The translations under genes and the position numbers were made by a program. 64,000 nucleotides of DNA, from NCBI GenBank assembly GCA_001662655.1, contig KV460234.1, one strand, 5' to 3'. The notes beneath the pieces were generated by a model. It was given only the letters and a program-made list of their open reading frames with translations, did not search any database and was not told the origin of the DNA. This document shows positions 21,750 through 35,416 of the stretch, in pieces (position 1 is the first letter of the stretch; each line of letters begins with the position of its first letter). Origin of the DNA: Pseudogymnoascus verrucosus. Taxonomy: Eukaryota.

Positions 21750-24700
21750 ATGTGCCACACTGTTGGTACAGCTGCACCACTACATGGCCAAAGTGGAGTC
21801 GATGGTGCTCCAACTGAGGGCAATATGGATCTTGATATTGAAATTTCTCAAGTGACAACACTCAAGTCACCTACAACACCAAAGCCACCTACAACCCCAG
21901 CTCACCAGGCAGATTCACCGCCTTCTATAGTCTCTCTACCTTCCGCTTTCAACATGCAAGTTCCTGAGGTCATGGTGCCAGCGTTGGCAACCAGGTCGAC
22001 CGACGCCGTGATCGAGGATCTTCGTCGTCGTGGACTTCACCCAGGCGCACCAACAGTTGACAAAGAGCCTCTTACAGTATATGTTGAGGAAGTCTCCAGA
22101 ACCCAAAAAGAAGATATTGCTATCGAAGATGAAGATGCAGGTGATGAGTCCGAGAGCGACGACGAATCGCCAGCACACCCGAGCGAAAACCAAGAATTAT
22201 CGTATGAGAAGTCTGTTCGCGAGTCATATATCCGGAGTCGGGTTTTTCAGGCCGCCAAAGACTCAACTGCACCAGAAACTAAAGGTGACGACAAGCAGTC
22301 CGTCAAATGGTTAATCAAGGACAGTGGTAGCCAAGAGATTATTTCCAGCCCGAGAGAATACCAGATCGAGCTTTTCGAGAAAGCAAAGACACAGAATACC
22401 ATTGCAGTGCTAGACACCGGTTCTGGCAAGACGCTAATCGCCGCCCTACTCTTACGCCATGTCATCGATGAGGAACTGGAGCGTCGAGCAAGTGGAGGCG
22501 ATAAACGCATTGCTTTCTTCCTTGTGGACTCGGTCGCGCTCGTGTTTCAACAATACGCTGTTCTCAAGTGCAACCTGAACCACAAAATGGAGCAATTTTG
22601 CGGAGATATGGGTTGCGACCTCTGGAGCAAGGAGCTTTGGGAGAAACATTTCAACGAAAACATGGTCATAGTGTGTACTGCCGAGGTCCTATTTCAATGC
22701 CTGCACCACTCCTTTATTACTATAAAGCAAATCAACCTGCTCATATTCGATGAAGCTCACCATGCAAAACGAAATCACGCCTATGCCAGGATTATCAAAG
22801 ACTTCTATGCCTCCGAGCCTGATCAGTCACTACTTCCTAGAATCTTTGGGATGACGGCTTCCCCGGTTGATGCGAGGACCAATATAAAAAAGGGGGCGGC
22901 AGAGCTCGAGGCACTACTGCACAGCCAGATAGCTACTGCGTCTGATGCGAGCCTGTTACAATATACCAACAAGAAAACAAGGGAGGAGGTCGCGTATTAC
23001 GATCCACTCCCTCCCCCAACTGAGAGCCAACTGTTCAAAAGGGCCCATCAGCTGGTCGGCGGGATTAAGGAATGCTCGAAGCCATTGGAGTACGCAGTAA
23101 CGGCTAGCTCTGACCTGGGAAGCTGGGTGGCTGACCGAGTGTTGTTAATTAGCTTCACTGGAGAGGATGTTAAGAGGTTGGGGGCACAGATAGAAAGCAA
23201 CTTTCATAAACAAGCCCAAATCGACCCAATACCTCTGAGCAATCTCGAAGATAGAAAAGAAAAGCTTCGGAGTGCACAGCAAATTATTATGGAACATGTT
23301 TTCGCATCTCCACAGCTATCTCGCAGCCAACTTTCGTCCAAAGTACTGGGGCTCGCCAGCAAACTTCGCGAACGATTTGAACGAACTACATTTGATAAAT
23401 GTATCGTTTTCGTCAAGCAGAGGTATACGGCAAAACTGTTGGCAGATTTGTTTGCAAGCCCTCAGATAGGCACTCCACATCTCCGGGTTGGGTCATTGGT
23501 AAGATATCCGCACAGCTAATTATTCCTGCGTTTTGCTTCAACTTCTCAACTATGTCTCTCGACCACATGCTAATTGCATGATACAGACTGGTACTCGAAA
23601 TAGAAGTGGAGCAGACCTCGAATCATCCTTCCGAAATCAAGTGATCACCTTGAGGAGGTTCAGACAGGGCGAGATAAATTGCCTCTTTGCAACTTCTGTT
23701 GCAGAGGAAGGCCTGGATATTCCAGACTGCAATCTCGTCATTCGATTCGATCTTTACTCGACGGTTATCCAGTATATACAGTCACGTGGTAGGGCGAGAC
23801 AAGATAACTCTGTCTATTTTCATTTCATCGAAAGAGGTAACAAGGTGCAGGATGCTCTTGCTAGAGAGGTCCGCCGAAATGAAAACATTCTCAAGGAGTT
23901 CTGTCAGGCGTTACCTGAAGATCGCTTGCTCTCTGGGAACAACTACAACATGGATTACTTCCTCGCCAAGGAGAGAAACATAATGCGAACGTACACAGAG
24001 CCGTCGACGGGTGCAAAATTGACATATAGGATGAGCCTAAGCGTGCTGGCAAATTTCGTAGCATCTCTTCCACACAGCAGTGAAAGCACGCCACATCCCG
24101 AATATATGATGACGGCCATGGGTGCGAAATACGTTTGTGAAGTTATACTTCCAGAGAACTCACCTGTCCACGGTGCAATTGGGCGCCCAGCAAATACGAA
24201 GCAGGTTGCAAAATGCTCGGCGGCATTCGAAGCTTGTCTCAGTCTTAGAAAAGGAAAGCACCTTGACGAGTATCTGTTATCGACGTTCAAAGATAGAGGC
24301 CCAGCGATGCGCAATGCCCAGTTGGCAATAACCTCTAAGGCCAATACAGACTACGACATGCGTACAAAGCCTTCGATGTGGGCCGCTGGTGAAACGCCAT
24401 CGGAACTGTTCTTGACAATTCTCTCATTGAAAGACCCTGTCCAGTTAGATCGTCCTTCGCAACCACTTGGATTGCTCACTCGTGGACCATTGCCACCACT
24501 TCCACTGTTCCAGTTGTATTTTGGCGGCGGAAAACACACAGCAGCTGTGTCAACAGCTGTGGGCAGTCTGGCAGTCAGCTCTGAAACACTGGAATTAATT
24601 AATACTTTCACCCTAAGGATATTCAAAGATATTTTTAGCAAGGAGTATGAATCCGACCCCGCTCAAATGCCCTATTTTATAGTCCCAATATCCGACACAG

Positions 24701-26918
24701 ACACAACATGCCGGGCGAGGTTGCCAGTAGACTTGATTTCGTGGGACATCTTGAGAATAGTCAGTGATAACCAGTGGCTTACATGGGACAAATCGACGCC
24801 AGAATCTTTTTTTGAGGACAAGTACATCATAGACCCTTTCGATGGGTCGCGGAAAATATGGGCGAGGAAAGTAACGCATGCGTATAAGCCACTGGACCCC
24901 GTGCCACCAAACACAGCTGCTCGTTCGGCGAGAAAGAATAACTTGAACATCCTCGAGTATTCATGCAGCTTGTTTAAAGTGGCAAGAAGCAAAAGGACGT
25001 TCAGTGAAACCCAACCAGTTATTGAAGGCGACGTTATTCCTTTCCGTCGAAATTTTTTGGATGATCACGACGATCCAGCTAATTCAGGTCCGACGAAATG
25101 CTATGTGGTCCCAGAGCCTCTTACCATATCAGCAGTAGGTACTCCAGGTGTTTTGGGATGACGCATACTAATCATTGCAGCTCCCGACTCTGATTGTCGC
25201 CATGGCATACACATTTCCTGCTATTATTCACCGCATTGAATCCTATCTCATCGCTGTTGAGGCATGCTCCATGCTACACCTCCCTATTTCAGCAGATTTA
25301 GCACTGGAATGCATGACTAAAGATTCTCGAAACACTGACGAGCATGGCGATGAACAAGTTGAGTTCCAAAGAGGCATGGGAAATAATTATGAGCGGCTTG
25401 AGTTCCTTGGAGACTGCTTCTTGAAAATGGCAACGTCAATCTCACTCTATACACTCCACCCAGACAGCAACGAGTTTGACTTCCATGTCAAACGTATGTT
25501 GATGATTTGCAACAAGAACCTTATGGACGTGGCCTTACAGCTGAAATTATATGAGTTCATTCGTTCCCAGGCGTTTAATCGGTATGTAGCTCGGACATCG
25601 GTTATCTATTTCTCACTAACGCATCTGTAGCCGAGCGTGGTATCCAGAAGGCCTCGTTCTCAAGAAGGGCAAAGCTGCTCAGGCTCCCAAGAAGCACAAG
25701 TTGGGCGATAAAACAATAGCCGATGTGTCTGAGGCATTAATTGGTGCCGCACTACTCACACCATCCAATGGTCACGCAATGGATCATGCGGTGAGGGCTG
25801 TCACAGAACTTGTCTGCAGCACTGATCATGCCATTGAAAAATGGGAAGATTACTTCAAGGGTTACACCAAGCCGAAGTATCAGATTACAGCTTCAACAGC
25901 GTCCCAGCGGAACCTTGCTGAGCAAATCGAAATTACTCACGACTACCACTTCCACTATCCTCGACTCCTCCGCTCGGCGTTTATTCACCCATCATATCCA
26001 TTTGTATACGAACGGATTCCTAACTATCAGAGACTTGAGTTTCTAGGAGATTCATTGCTTGATATGGCTTGTGTCAACTTCCTCTTCCATCGATTTCCGA
26101 CCAAAGACCCGCAATGGTTGACAGAACACAAAATGGCGATGGTGTCTAATCAGTTCCTTGGCGCTGTTTGCGTAGCACTTGGATTCCATACGCAGTTGCT
26201 GCAGTTCAACCCCATTATCCAAAGCAGCATCACAGAGTACGTGTGTGAAATCACTGAAGCTCGTGAGCAGGCGGAACAAGATGCAATCCGTGATGGAAAG
26301 CTACCTTCTGACTGCGCTCGCGATTATTGGCTCCATGCCAAGCTCCCTCCAAAATGCCTACCAGATATCATCGAAGCATACATCGGAGCAATTTTTGTTG
26401 ACTCATCTTTCAACTACGAAGAGGTGGAGCGCTTCTTCGACCTTCATATAAAGTGGTACTTTGAGGATATTACTCTATATGACACGTTCGCCAACAAGCA
26501 TCCAGTAACCTTCCTTCACAAGTTCCTTCAACAGAATATGGGATGTGCAAAATATAGAATAACTGCGTCGTCAATGCCAGACGACAGCAGCGGGACTCCC
26601 CCAAAAATCCTCGCGACTGTGATGATCCATAGCCAGATTCTGGTTGGTGTGGAAAGGGACAGCGCCAGATATGCAAAGATCGCCGTCGCCCAGAAGGCAT
26701 TGGAAATTCTGAAAGCAGGAACCCTCACCCAGTTCAGACAAACGTACAGATGCGATTGTAAGGAGAAGGGGCTTGATGTGGAGGATTGCAACATGGAGGA
26801 CGCTGCACAGGAATCAATGGAAGATCATGTGGGCATCAAAACGCTAGACGTGGAGTCGGCGCTGGGGGCAGATATTGGAGTGGAAGGCAGTCGAAATGGC
26901 TCGATCAGTTCAGCTTAA
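21750..26918 (+). CDS. dcl1: Dicer-like protein 1
   Basis: Exons 21750-23498, 23587-25134, 25181-25581, 25631-26918. DExH helicase ([13 protein letters not shown]), helicase C (EEGLDIP, QSRGRAR), two RNase III signatures ([16 protein letters not shown]) and a C-terminal dsRBD-like region. DCL1 rather than DCL2 is a judgement from the overall architecture. Confidence 0.93.
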
Positions 26919-27803
26919 TGGGGTGGTTCGTATGGACCATGCGAACTGTCGAGACCTGATCGTGGTTTGTTGTGGCACAGGTACCATTTTGCTACCAAGC
27001 ACCATAGCTCAACCTGAAGGCGTCGGAATTCTACATGCTCTTATAGCTTGGCCTATGCTCATCAAAATACCAGATAATGAAGTCGCTGAGTTGTCAAGTT
27101 CTGGGAGTACGCTGGCTGGTGAAAAGGTTTTTATTTACAACCAATCCCATTAAATAGAATCAAATAAATTCGGGGAATTTTTTCGGATTGTGATTTAATT
27201 GCTTGTCCACTCTACCGAAAATAAGAATGGACAGTAATATTATATATTCGACCAGCACAGTTTACAATATAATATAAAAAGTATTCCTAGCCATCACCGT
27301 AATACTGAGATTTGAGGATATTAATATCTTCTGCTCCAAACCGCCGAGGTCTGTCTGAAGCGAGTTCGGAGACAATGCATGCATGCTGACTAATAATGTG
27401 CTAGCGCTGTTTGCAGGACGGTGAGCGCCCTTTGTGCAGATTTTCTCATCAGGTACTCATATTAGCCAATGAAAATTCCGAATTGGCCTTAAGCTTTTTT
27501 TAGCGCTTAACGAATAATGACATGGGTTCCTACATATTTTTTTGGCAGAACTTCAGCTCCGACTTTCTGACTGTGAGATTTATGCCCACCTATCTCACGC
27601 AGAGTCTTTTTCCCTCTACTTGATGTTCAATTGTGTCTAATCTGCGGCCTTGTTCTCCGTCTTGATTGACTGTGAGATACTTAGATTGAACTTCTAAGGC
27701 GGCTCTAGGGCTTTTGCCGCCCATCTTCGACGAGCTCAGAGATTTACGAATACCCCGCCATACGTCGTACACATCGGACGACGACACATAGCCACTCGCA
27801 ACC

Positions 27804-30800
27804 ATGGCCGCAAGAACATACGTCCCGGTCGCTGCTCGGCTGCGCGGCAGCACCGAGGAGAGCCTTGTCGCACTCGAACTCCAAGATGGCGTCGTGTACC
27901 AAGGGTACAGCTTCGGTGCCCCCAAGAGCATTGCCGGAGAATTGGTCTTCCAGACAGGAATGGTCGGATACCCAGAATCTGTGACTGACCCTTCTTACCG
28001 GGGCCAAATCCTCGTCATCACATTTCCTCTTGTAGGAAATTATGGTGTTCCCTCCCGCGAAACAATGGACGAACTCCTCAAGGACGTTCCCGTCCACTTC
28101 GAATCCTCTGAGATTCACATTGCTGGCTTGGTTGTTGCCTCTTATGCAGGCGAGGACTACAGCCACTACCTTGCCGCATCCTCCCTTGGAACATGGCTGA
28201 AGGAACAGGGGGTTCCCGCCATGTACGGTGTCGACACAAGAGCCCTCACCAAGAGAATCCGGGACGAAGGTAGTATGCTGGGGCGAATGCTCCTGCAGAA
28301 GCAAGGCCTTACTAATGGCAACGCTACCCGTCTGTCGGAGGACTGGCGCTCGGGTTTTGAGGCTGTGGAGTGGTCTAACCCGAACGCTACAAATCTGGTT
28401 GCAGATGGTGAGATCTCCTCAAATGCCCCCCCCGAACATTTCTGACTGTAGACAAAGTCTCGATCAAGGCCCCGAAATTATACTCTCCCAAGCCTTCTGA
28501 CGCTCTCCTCCATCCTTCCGGACGCCCAATCCGAGTACTGTGCTTAGATGTCGGACTCAAGTACAACCAACTGAGGTGTCTCGTCAGGCGTGGCGTTGAG
28601 GTCCTTGTATGCCCATGGGACTATGACTTCCCCACCCTTGCCGGCAAGGATTACGACGGACTCTTCATCTCCAACGGTCCAGGTGATCCAGCTATGATGA
28701 CCAAAACTGTCAACCATATAAAAGCCGCCGTTGAAGAGAACCGCACCCCAATCTTCGGTATCTGCCTTGGTCACCAGCTCCTCGCGAGAGCATCTGGCGC
28801 AAGCACCTTGAAGATGAAGTTTGGTAACCGCGGCCACAATATTCCATGCACGAACATGTTGACAGGAAAATGTCACATTACCTCCCAGAACCACGGTTAT
28901 GCTGTGGATACTGCTTCATTGCCCGCAGAATGGGAGGAGCTTTTCGTCAACGCCAACGACGGCTCAAACGAGGGTATCCGCCACGTTAGCAAGCCACACT
29001 TCAGTGTCCAATTCCATCCCGAAAGCACACCTGGCCCAAGGGATACCGAGTTCCTGTTCGATGTCTTCATCAACACTATCGTCAAGACTCTGGGTGATGC
29101 CACCCAATTGAACCTGCCTGTGCAATTCCCTGGAGGCGAGGCTGCCGAGACGGCAAGACTGAACCCCAGAGTCGATGTCAAGAAGGTTTTGGTTCTTGGA
29201 AGTGGTGGTCTGAGCATTGGCCAGGCCGGCGAGTTTGATTACTCTGGAAGTCAGGCCATCAAGGCTCTCAAGGAGGAAGGCATTTACACCGTGCTCATCA
29301 ACCCAAATATTGCTACCATTCAGACATCAAAGGGTCTCGCCGACAAGGTCTATTTCCTCCCAGTCACTGCCGACTTTGTCCGCAAAGTGATTCTCTACGA
29401 GCGCCCTGACTCCATCTATGTCACCTTCGGTGGCCAGACTGCGCTTCAGGTCGGAATTCAATTGAAGGATGAATTCGAGGGACTCGGCGTTAAGGTCCTC
29501 GGAACCCCAATTGACACCATCATCACAACTGAAGATCGTGAACTCTTCGCTAGAAGCATGGAATCTATTGGCGAGAAGTGCGCCAAGTCTGCCTCTGCAA
29601 GCACTGTCGAGGAGGCCATGCATGTTGTCAAGGACATTGGTTTCCCCGTCATTGTTCGCGCAGCTTATGCCCTTGGTGGCTTAGGCTCCGGATTCGCTGA
29701 CAACGATGCCGAGCTACTAGAGCTCTGCCAAAAGGCGTTTGCTGCCTCTCCTCAAGTCTTGATTGAGCGCAGTATGAAGGGCTGGAAGGAGATCGAATAC
29801 GAGGTCGTCAGAGATGCCAGGGACAACTGCATCACTGTTTGTAACATGGAGAACTTCGACCCTCTCGGTATCCATACCGGTGACTCAATTGTCGTCGCTC
29901 CATCGCAGACTCTGTCCGATGAAGACTACAACATGCTCCGTACCACTGCTGTCAACGTCATTCGCCATCTCGGTGTTGTCGGAGAATGTAACATCCAATA
30001 CGCGCTTAACCCATATTCGCAAGAATACTGCATTATCGAGGTCAACGCCAGACTGTCTCGTTCCTCCGCTTTGGCTTCTAAGGCTACTGGATACCCATTG
30101 GCCTTTATCGCTGCCAAACTTGGTCTTGGTATCCCTCTGAATGAGATCAAGAACTCTGTCACCAAGGAAACATCTGCCTGCTTCGAGCCATCTCTGGATT
30201 ACGTCGTCGTCAAGATGCCAAGATGGGACTTGAAGAAGTTCACTCGCGTCTCCACTGAGCTTGGCTCCTCCATGAAGAGTGTTGGCGAGGTCATGAGCAT
30301 TGGCAGGACGTTTGAAGAAGCCATCCAGAAGGCCATCAGATCCATCGATTTCCACAACCTCGGATTCAGCGAGACTCCGGCCTTGATGTCCATCGATGAT
30401 GAGCTCCAGACCCCATCCGACCAGCGTCTTTTCGCCATCGCAAATGCAATGCACGAGGGCTACTCAGTTGACAAGATCCATAGCATGACCAAGATCGACA
30501 AGTGGTTCCTCGGCAAGCTCAAGGGTCTCAACGACTTCGCCAAGTACATGAACACATTCGACACAAGCAGCATCTCAATTGACCTACTGCGACAAGCAAA
30601 GCAGCTTGGTTTCTGTGATCGCCAATTGGCGAAGTTCTGGAGCTCGACTGAGTTGGCTGTTAGAAGGCTCAGAACCGAGGCTGGCGTCACTCCGTTTGTC
30701 AAGCAAATCGATACGGTGGCAGCTGAGTTCCCTGCTTTCACCAACTACCTTTACATGACATATAATGGCTCCGAGCACGACTTGGAATTCAACGACAATG

Positions 30801-33800
30801 GTGTCATGGTCCTGGGATCTGGAGTGTACAGAATCGGTTCCTCTGTCGAGTTCGACTGGTGTTCCGTCAGAGCTATCCGCACTCTTCGTGAGAGCGGCCA
30901 CAAGACTGTCATGGTTAATGTAAGTTCAGAGATTTTTCATTGTTTTCTACGGTCTTAGGTGGCACCTTCCCTTTGGGTCTTGATCCAAATCACGTGAATG
31001 ACGGGAATCACGGGGATGGCTCAAGTGATCCACCCCGGATTTTTATCATCTCAGTCTCTACGATATTATATTGCTATTACAGTTGCTCAAAGATTTCCAT
31101 CGTTTTCTACGGTCTGAGACACCTTACCTGGGTCTTGATCTAAATCACGGAAATCACGAGAATGGTGCACGTGATCTACCTCGAAAGTTTCTCACCTCAG
31201 CGTCTATGATACTATATTGCCATTACAGTTGCTAACTACGAAAAAGTTCAATCCCGAGACCGTGAGCACCGATTACGATGAAGCGGACCGTTTGTATTTC
31301 GAAACCATTAACCTTGAGACGATTATCGACATCTACGAGCTGGAATCATCGATTGGTATTCTCATGGCCATGGGCGGCCAAACGCCACAAAACATTGCCT
31401 TACCATTGCACCGCCTCAACATTAAGGTATTGGGAACATCCCCTGAGATGATTGACAATGCCGAGAACAGATACAAGTTCTCCCGCATGTTGGACAGAAT
31501 CGAAGTTGATCAGCCTACATGGAAGGAGCTGACAAGCTTCGAGGAGGCAAAGGAGTTCTGCAACAAGGTTTCATACCCAGTGCTGGTTCGCCCTTCATAT
31601 GTCCTCTCTGGAGCAGCAATGAACACGGTCTACTCTGAGCCGGATCTTGAGGCATACCTCAAGCAAGCTTCCGAGGTTTCTCGCGAGCACCCAGTCGTTA
31701 TTACTAAGTACATTGAGAACGCCAAAGAAATTGAGATGGACGCAGTTGCCAAGGATGGTGTTATGATCGGCCATTTCATTTCTGAGCACGTCGAGAACGC
31801 CGGTGTCCACTCTGGAGACGCCACTCTTATTCTCCCACCTCAAGACTTGGAGGATACGACTATCAAGCGTATCGAGGAGGCAACTCGCAAGATTGGTATG
31901 GCTTTGAACATTACAGGTCCATACAATATCCAATTTATCGCCAAGGATAACGACATCAAGGTTATTGAGTGCAATGTCAGAGCCTCTCGCTCGTTCCCAT
32001 TCGTCTCCAAGGTTATGGGTGTCGATCTTATTGAGCTGGCCACCAAGGCAATCATGGATCTCCCATTCGAGGCATACGCACCTACGACACTGGTGCCAGG
32101 AACAGTCGGTGTTAAGGTCCCCCAGTTCAGTTTCTCGCGACTTTCGGGAGCTGATCCAGTCTTGGGTGTTGAGATGGCTTCTACTGGAGAAGTTGCTTCT
32201 TTTGGAAGAGATAAGTACGAGGCCTACCTCAAAGCTTTGGTCTCCACTGGCTTCAAGCTTCCAAAGCGCAACATCCTCCTATCCATCGGATCTTACAAGG
32301 ATAAGAACGAGATGCTTCCGTCGGTGAAGAAGCTGCAGGCTCTGGGCTACAAACTTTTTGCCACGGCCGGTACCGCCGATTTCTTCATGGAGCATGGCAT
32401 TCGCACTCAGTATCTTGAGATCTTGGCCGAGGAAGACGAGCAAAAGTCCGAATACTCCCTGACGCAGCATCTTGCGAACAATATGATTGATCTTTACATC
32501 AATCTGCCATCCAGCAATCGCTACAGACGACCTGCGAACTACATGTCGAAGGGCTACAAGACTCGCAGAATGGCTGTCGACTACCAAACTCCTCTTGTGA
32601 CCAATGTCAAGAACGCGAAGATCCTCATCGAGGCAATCGCAAGACATTACGATATGGAAATCACCACCCGCGATTACCAGACCAGCCACCGAACTGTCGT
32701 TCTTCCAGGCCTCGTCAATATCCAGGCTTTCCTGCCTGGCATCGCCACGTCCGGAAGCAATGATCTGCAGACCGTGACCGAGGCATCCATTGCCGCCGGT
32801 TTCACCATGATCAGAGTCATGCCCGTTGGCTTGGATAGCTGCATCACTGATGCAAGGACGTTGGATATTGCACAGGCTAACAGCAGACAAGGCGCAAGCT
32901 GCGACTACAACTTCTCTGTCGCTGCAACTTCTTCTAATTCTGAGCAAATTAGCTTGATCGCTGGAGAGGTTGGATCGTTGTTTATCCCATTCAACCACCT
33001 TAACGATAACATCAGCAAGGTCGCAGCCGTTACTGCTCACTTTGATTCTTGGCCAACCTACAAGCCAATCATCACCGATGCCAAGGTGACCGACCTTGCC
33101 TCAATCCTGCTCCTCGCCAGTCTACACAGCAGGAATGTCCATGTCACAAATGTCACCACCAAGGAAGATATTAGACTCATCGCTATGAGCAAGGACAAGG
33201 GCCTCACGGTCACTTGCGATGTTTCCATTTATTCTCTATTTGTTTCTCAAAAGGAGTACCCTGAATGCTCTTTCTTGCCAACCCCTGCGGATCAAACCGC
33301 CCTTTGGGAGCATTTGAGCACCATCGACATCTTCTCCATTGGCAGTGTACCATATCAACTTGCCAATGCTATTGGTGAGAAGGCCACACCAGCAATTGGT
33401 ATTTCGGATGCCCTCCCACTACTCTTCTCCGCTGTTGCAGATGGAAGATTGACTGTCGACGATATCAAGACTCGCCTCCATGATAACCCAGTCCGCATCT
33501 TCGAGCTCCATGAGCAAGTCGGTGCGTCCGTCGAGGTAGAGATTGACAGGCCTTACGCAAAGGCTGCCGGTCCAGTCTGGTCTCCATTTGTCGGGAAGAT
33601 TCTCCGCGGATCCGTCCAAAGGGTCATTTTCAACGATAAGACCGCCTGCCTCGATGGCGAGCCCTGTGCTGGAGGACCACTAGGAAAGGACATGTCTTCG
33701 CATGTGCTTGTCCAGGTGCCTCAATCCCCAGCTGTCAAGGGCATTCAATCTCCGCTTCTCAGCCCAATGGTTGAGGCTACGGATCGCTCAAAGGCACGAC

Positions 33801-34957
33801 GCACATCCTCTCTACTGGGCCAACAACCCGGGCCACGAGCATTCAGTCGCCAGAGAGCTCTTGAGGGATCGGCAATTGCCAACCTGCCATCAAGGATCGC
33901 GCCAACTGAGGAATACGGTGTTCCGTTGTACCCTCAGCCATCTATCTCACCATCCTTGCAATCGCTGCTTGCCCGCTCGCCATTCAAGAACCAGCACGTC
34001 ATTTCCGTTAAGCAGTTCACTCGCTCTGATCTCCACGTGCTGTTCACCGTTGCACAGGAGATGCGTCTGGGTGTTCAACGCGAAGGTGTCCTTGACATCC
34101 TGAAGGGACGCGTCCTGTGCACCATGTTCTACGAGCCTAGCACGCGTACCTCGACTTCGTTCGATGCCGCCATGCAACGCCTTGGAGGCCGCACTATTGC
34201 AATCTCTACAGAGCACTCGAGCACTGTGAAGGGTGAGAGCCTCCAGGACTCCCTGCGCACTCTCGCATGTTACGGTGACGCAATCGTTCTCCGCCACCCA
34301 GAAGAGAACTCAGTCGATATCGCAACCAAGTACTGCCCTGTTCCAGTCATCAACGGCGGCAATGGAAGCAAGGAGCACCCTACGCAGGCATTCTTGGACC
34401 TGTTCACGATTCGCGAAGAGCTCGGCACTGTCACTGGCCTGACAATCACGTTCACGGGAGATCTGCTCCACGGCCGCACCGTGCACTCCCTGTGCAAGCT
34501 GCTGCAATACTATGACGTACAAGTCCAACTTGTGTCTCCTCCTCAGCTTGCACTCCCAGCCGACATCCGAGACATGCTCAAGGCATCTGGCCAGCTCGTC
34601 CTGGAGGCTACGGAGCTTACTCCAGATATCGTGGCAAAGAGTGATGTGCTCTACTGCACTCGTGTCCAGAAGGAGAGATTCGCTGATCTCGCCGAGTATG
34701 AGAGGCTCAAGGATACATTCATTATTGATAACAAGACATTGAAGGCGGCAAAGCCAAGCATGGTCGTCATGCACCCGCTTCCAAGGAACGCGGAGGTTGC
34801 GGGAGAGGTGGACTTCGACCAGCGCGCTGCGTACTTCAGACAGGTGAGTCACATTCCCCCATTCTACAGCTCGAACAAAATACTGACTACTGCCGTACAG
34901 ATGAGATATGGGCTGTACTGCCGCATGGCGCTGTTGGCTCTTGTTATGGCACCATAA
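27804..34957 (+). CDS. URA2: Multifunctional pyrimidine biosynthesis protein (GATase + carbamoyl-phosphate synthase + inactive DHOase-like + aspartate transcarbamylase), pyrABCN/URA2
   Basis: Exons 27804-28407, 28458-30919, 31247-34843, 34901-34957. Motifs [42 protein letters not shown] and MHPLPR. Confidence 0.97.
30926..31232 (+). repeat. Diverged tandem duplication (~161 + ~146 bp) filling intron 2 of pyrABCN
   Basis: Copy 1 is 30926-31086 and copy 2 is 31087-31232. Both contain GTTTTCTACGGTCT, TGGGTCTTGATC.AAATCAC and TATATTGC.ATTACAGTTGC. Confidence 0.92.
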
Positions 34958-35416
34958 ATGAGTGGGGATGTGGTTTAGTTGACCATTTCTCAACACTACA
35001 GATTGAAATTTTGCGAGAGAGTTTGTTCCATAGATTGCACAAAGGTGGATTTTTTATTTGCATTTCTCTTGGCGTAGCTAGGCGGAGGTCGTAGATTTTA
35101 AAAAGTACTGCATTTTAAATAATGATGGGATGTGGTGTAAATGGGTTGTTTGAAGTATATACACTTCGGTTGTATTTTATGGGTTGGGTTGGTGGTGTGT
35201 GTTACGTGTTGTGTGTATATATGTGTTTATACCTATATGTATATATTTTTATCTTTATTATGTATACGTAATTGAAATCATTGATCTATTCTCGTTTCTT
35301 GTGCATTGTATTGTACTATTCATAATCTCAGCCAAGCTGTTGTCTCCACCCCCAGATTTGACGAACGACACATCGATGAAGGTTGGTGCACGGGCCCGTT
35401 GTGGTTCTCATTGTAG

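Noticed and set aside
30940..31235. Short ORFs inside the duplicated pyrABCN intron as a nested peptide gene
   Set aside because: Differences between the copies are mostly non-synonymous and include frame-breaking indels, so there is no coding constraint.
32690..33700. Degenerate dihydroorotase domain in pyrABCN
   Set aside because: An inactive DHOase-like domain is the established normal state of fungal URA2/pyrABCN.
27744..34996. Long antisense ORFs over pyrABCN (e.g. 32279-33040, 34310-34996)
   Set aside because: Expected shadows of strong codon bias; no recognisable motifs.
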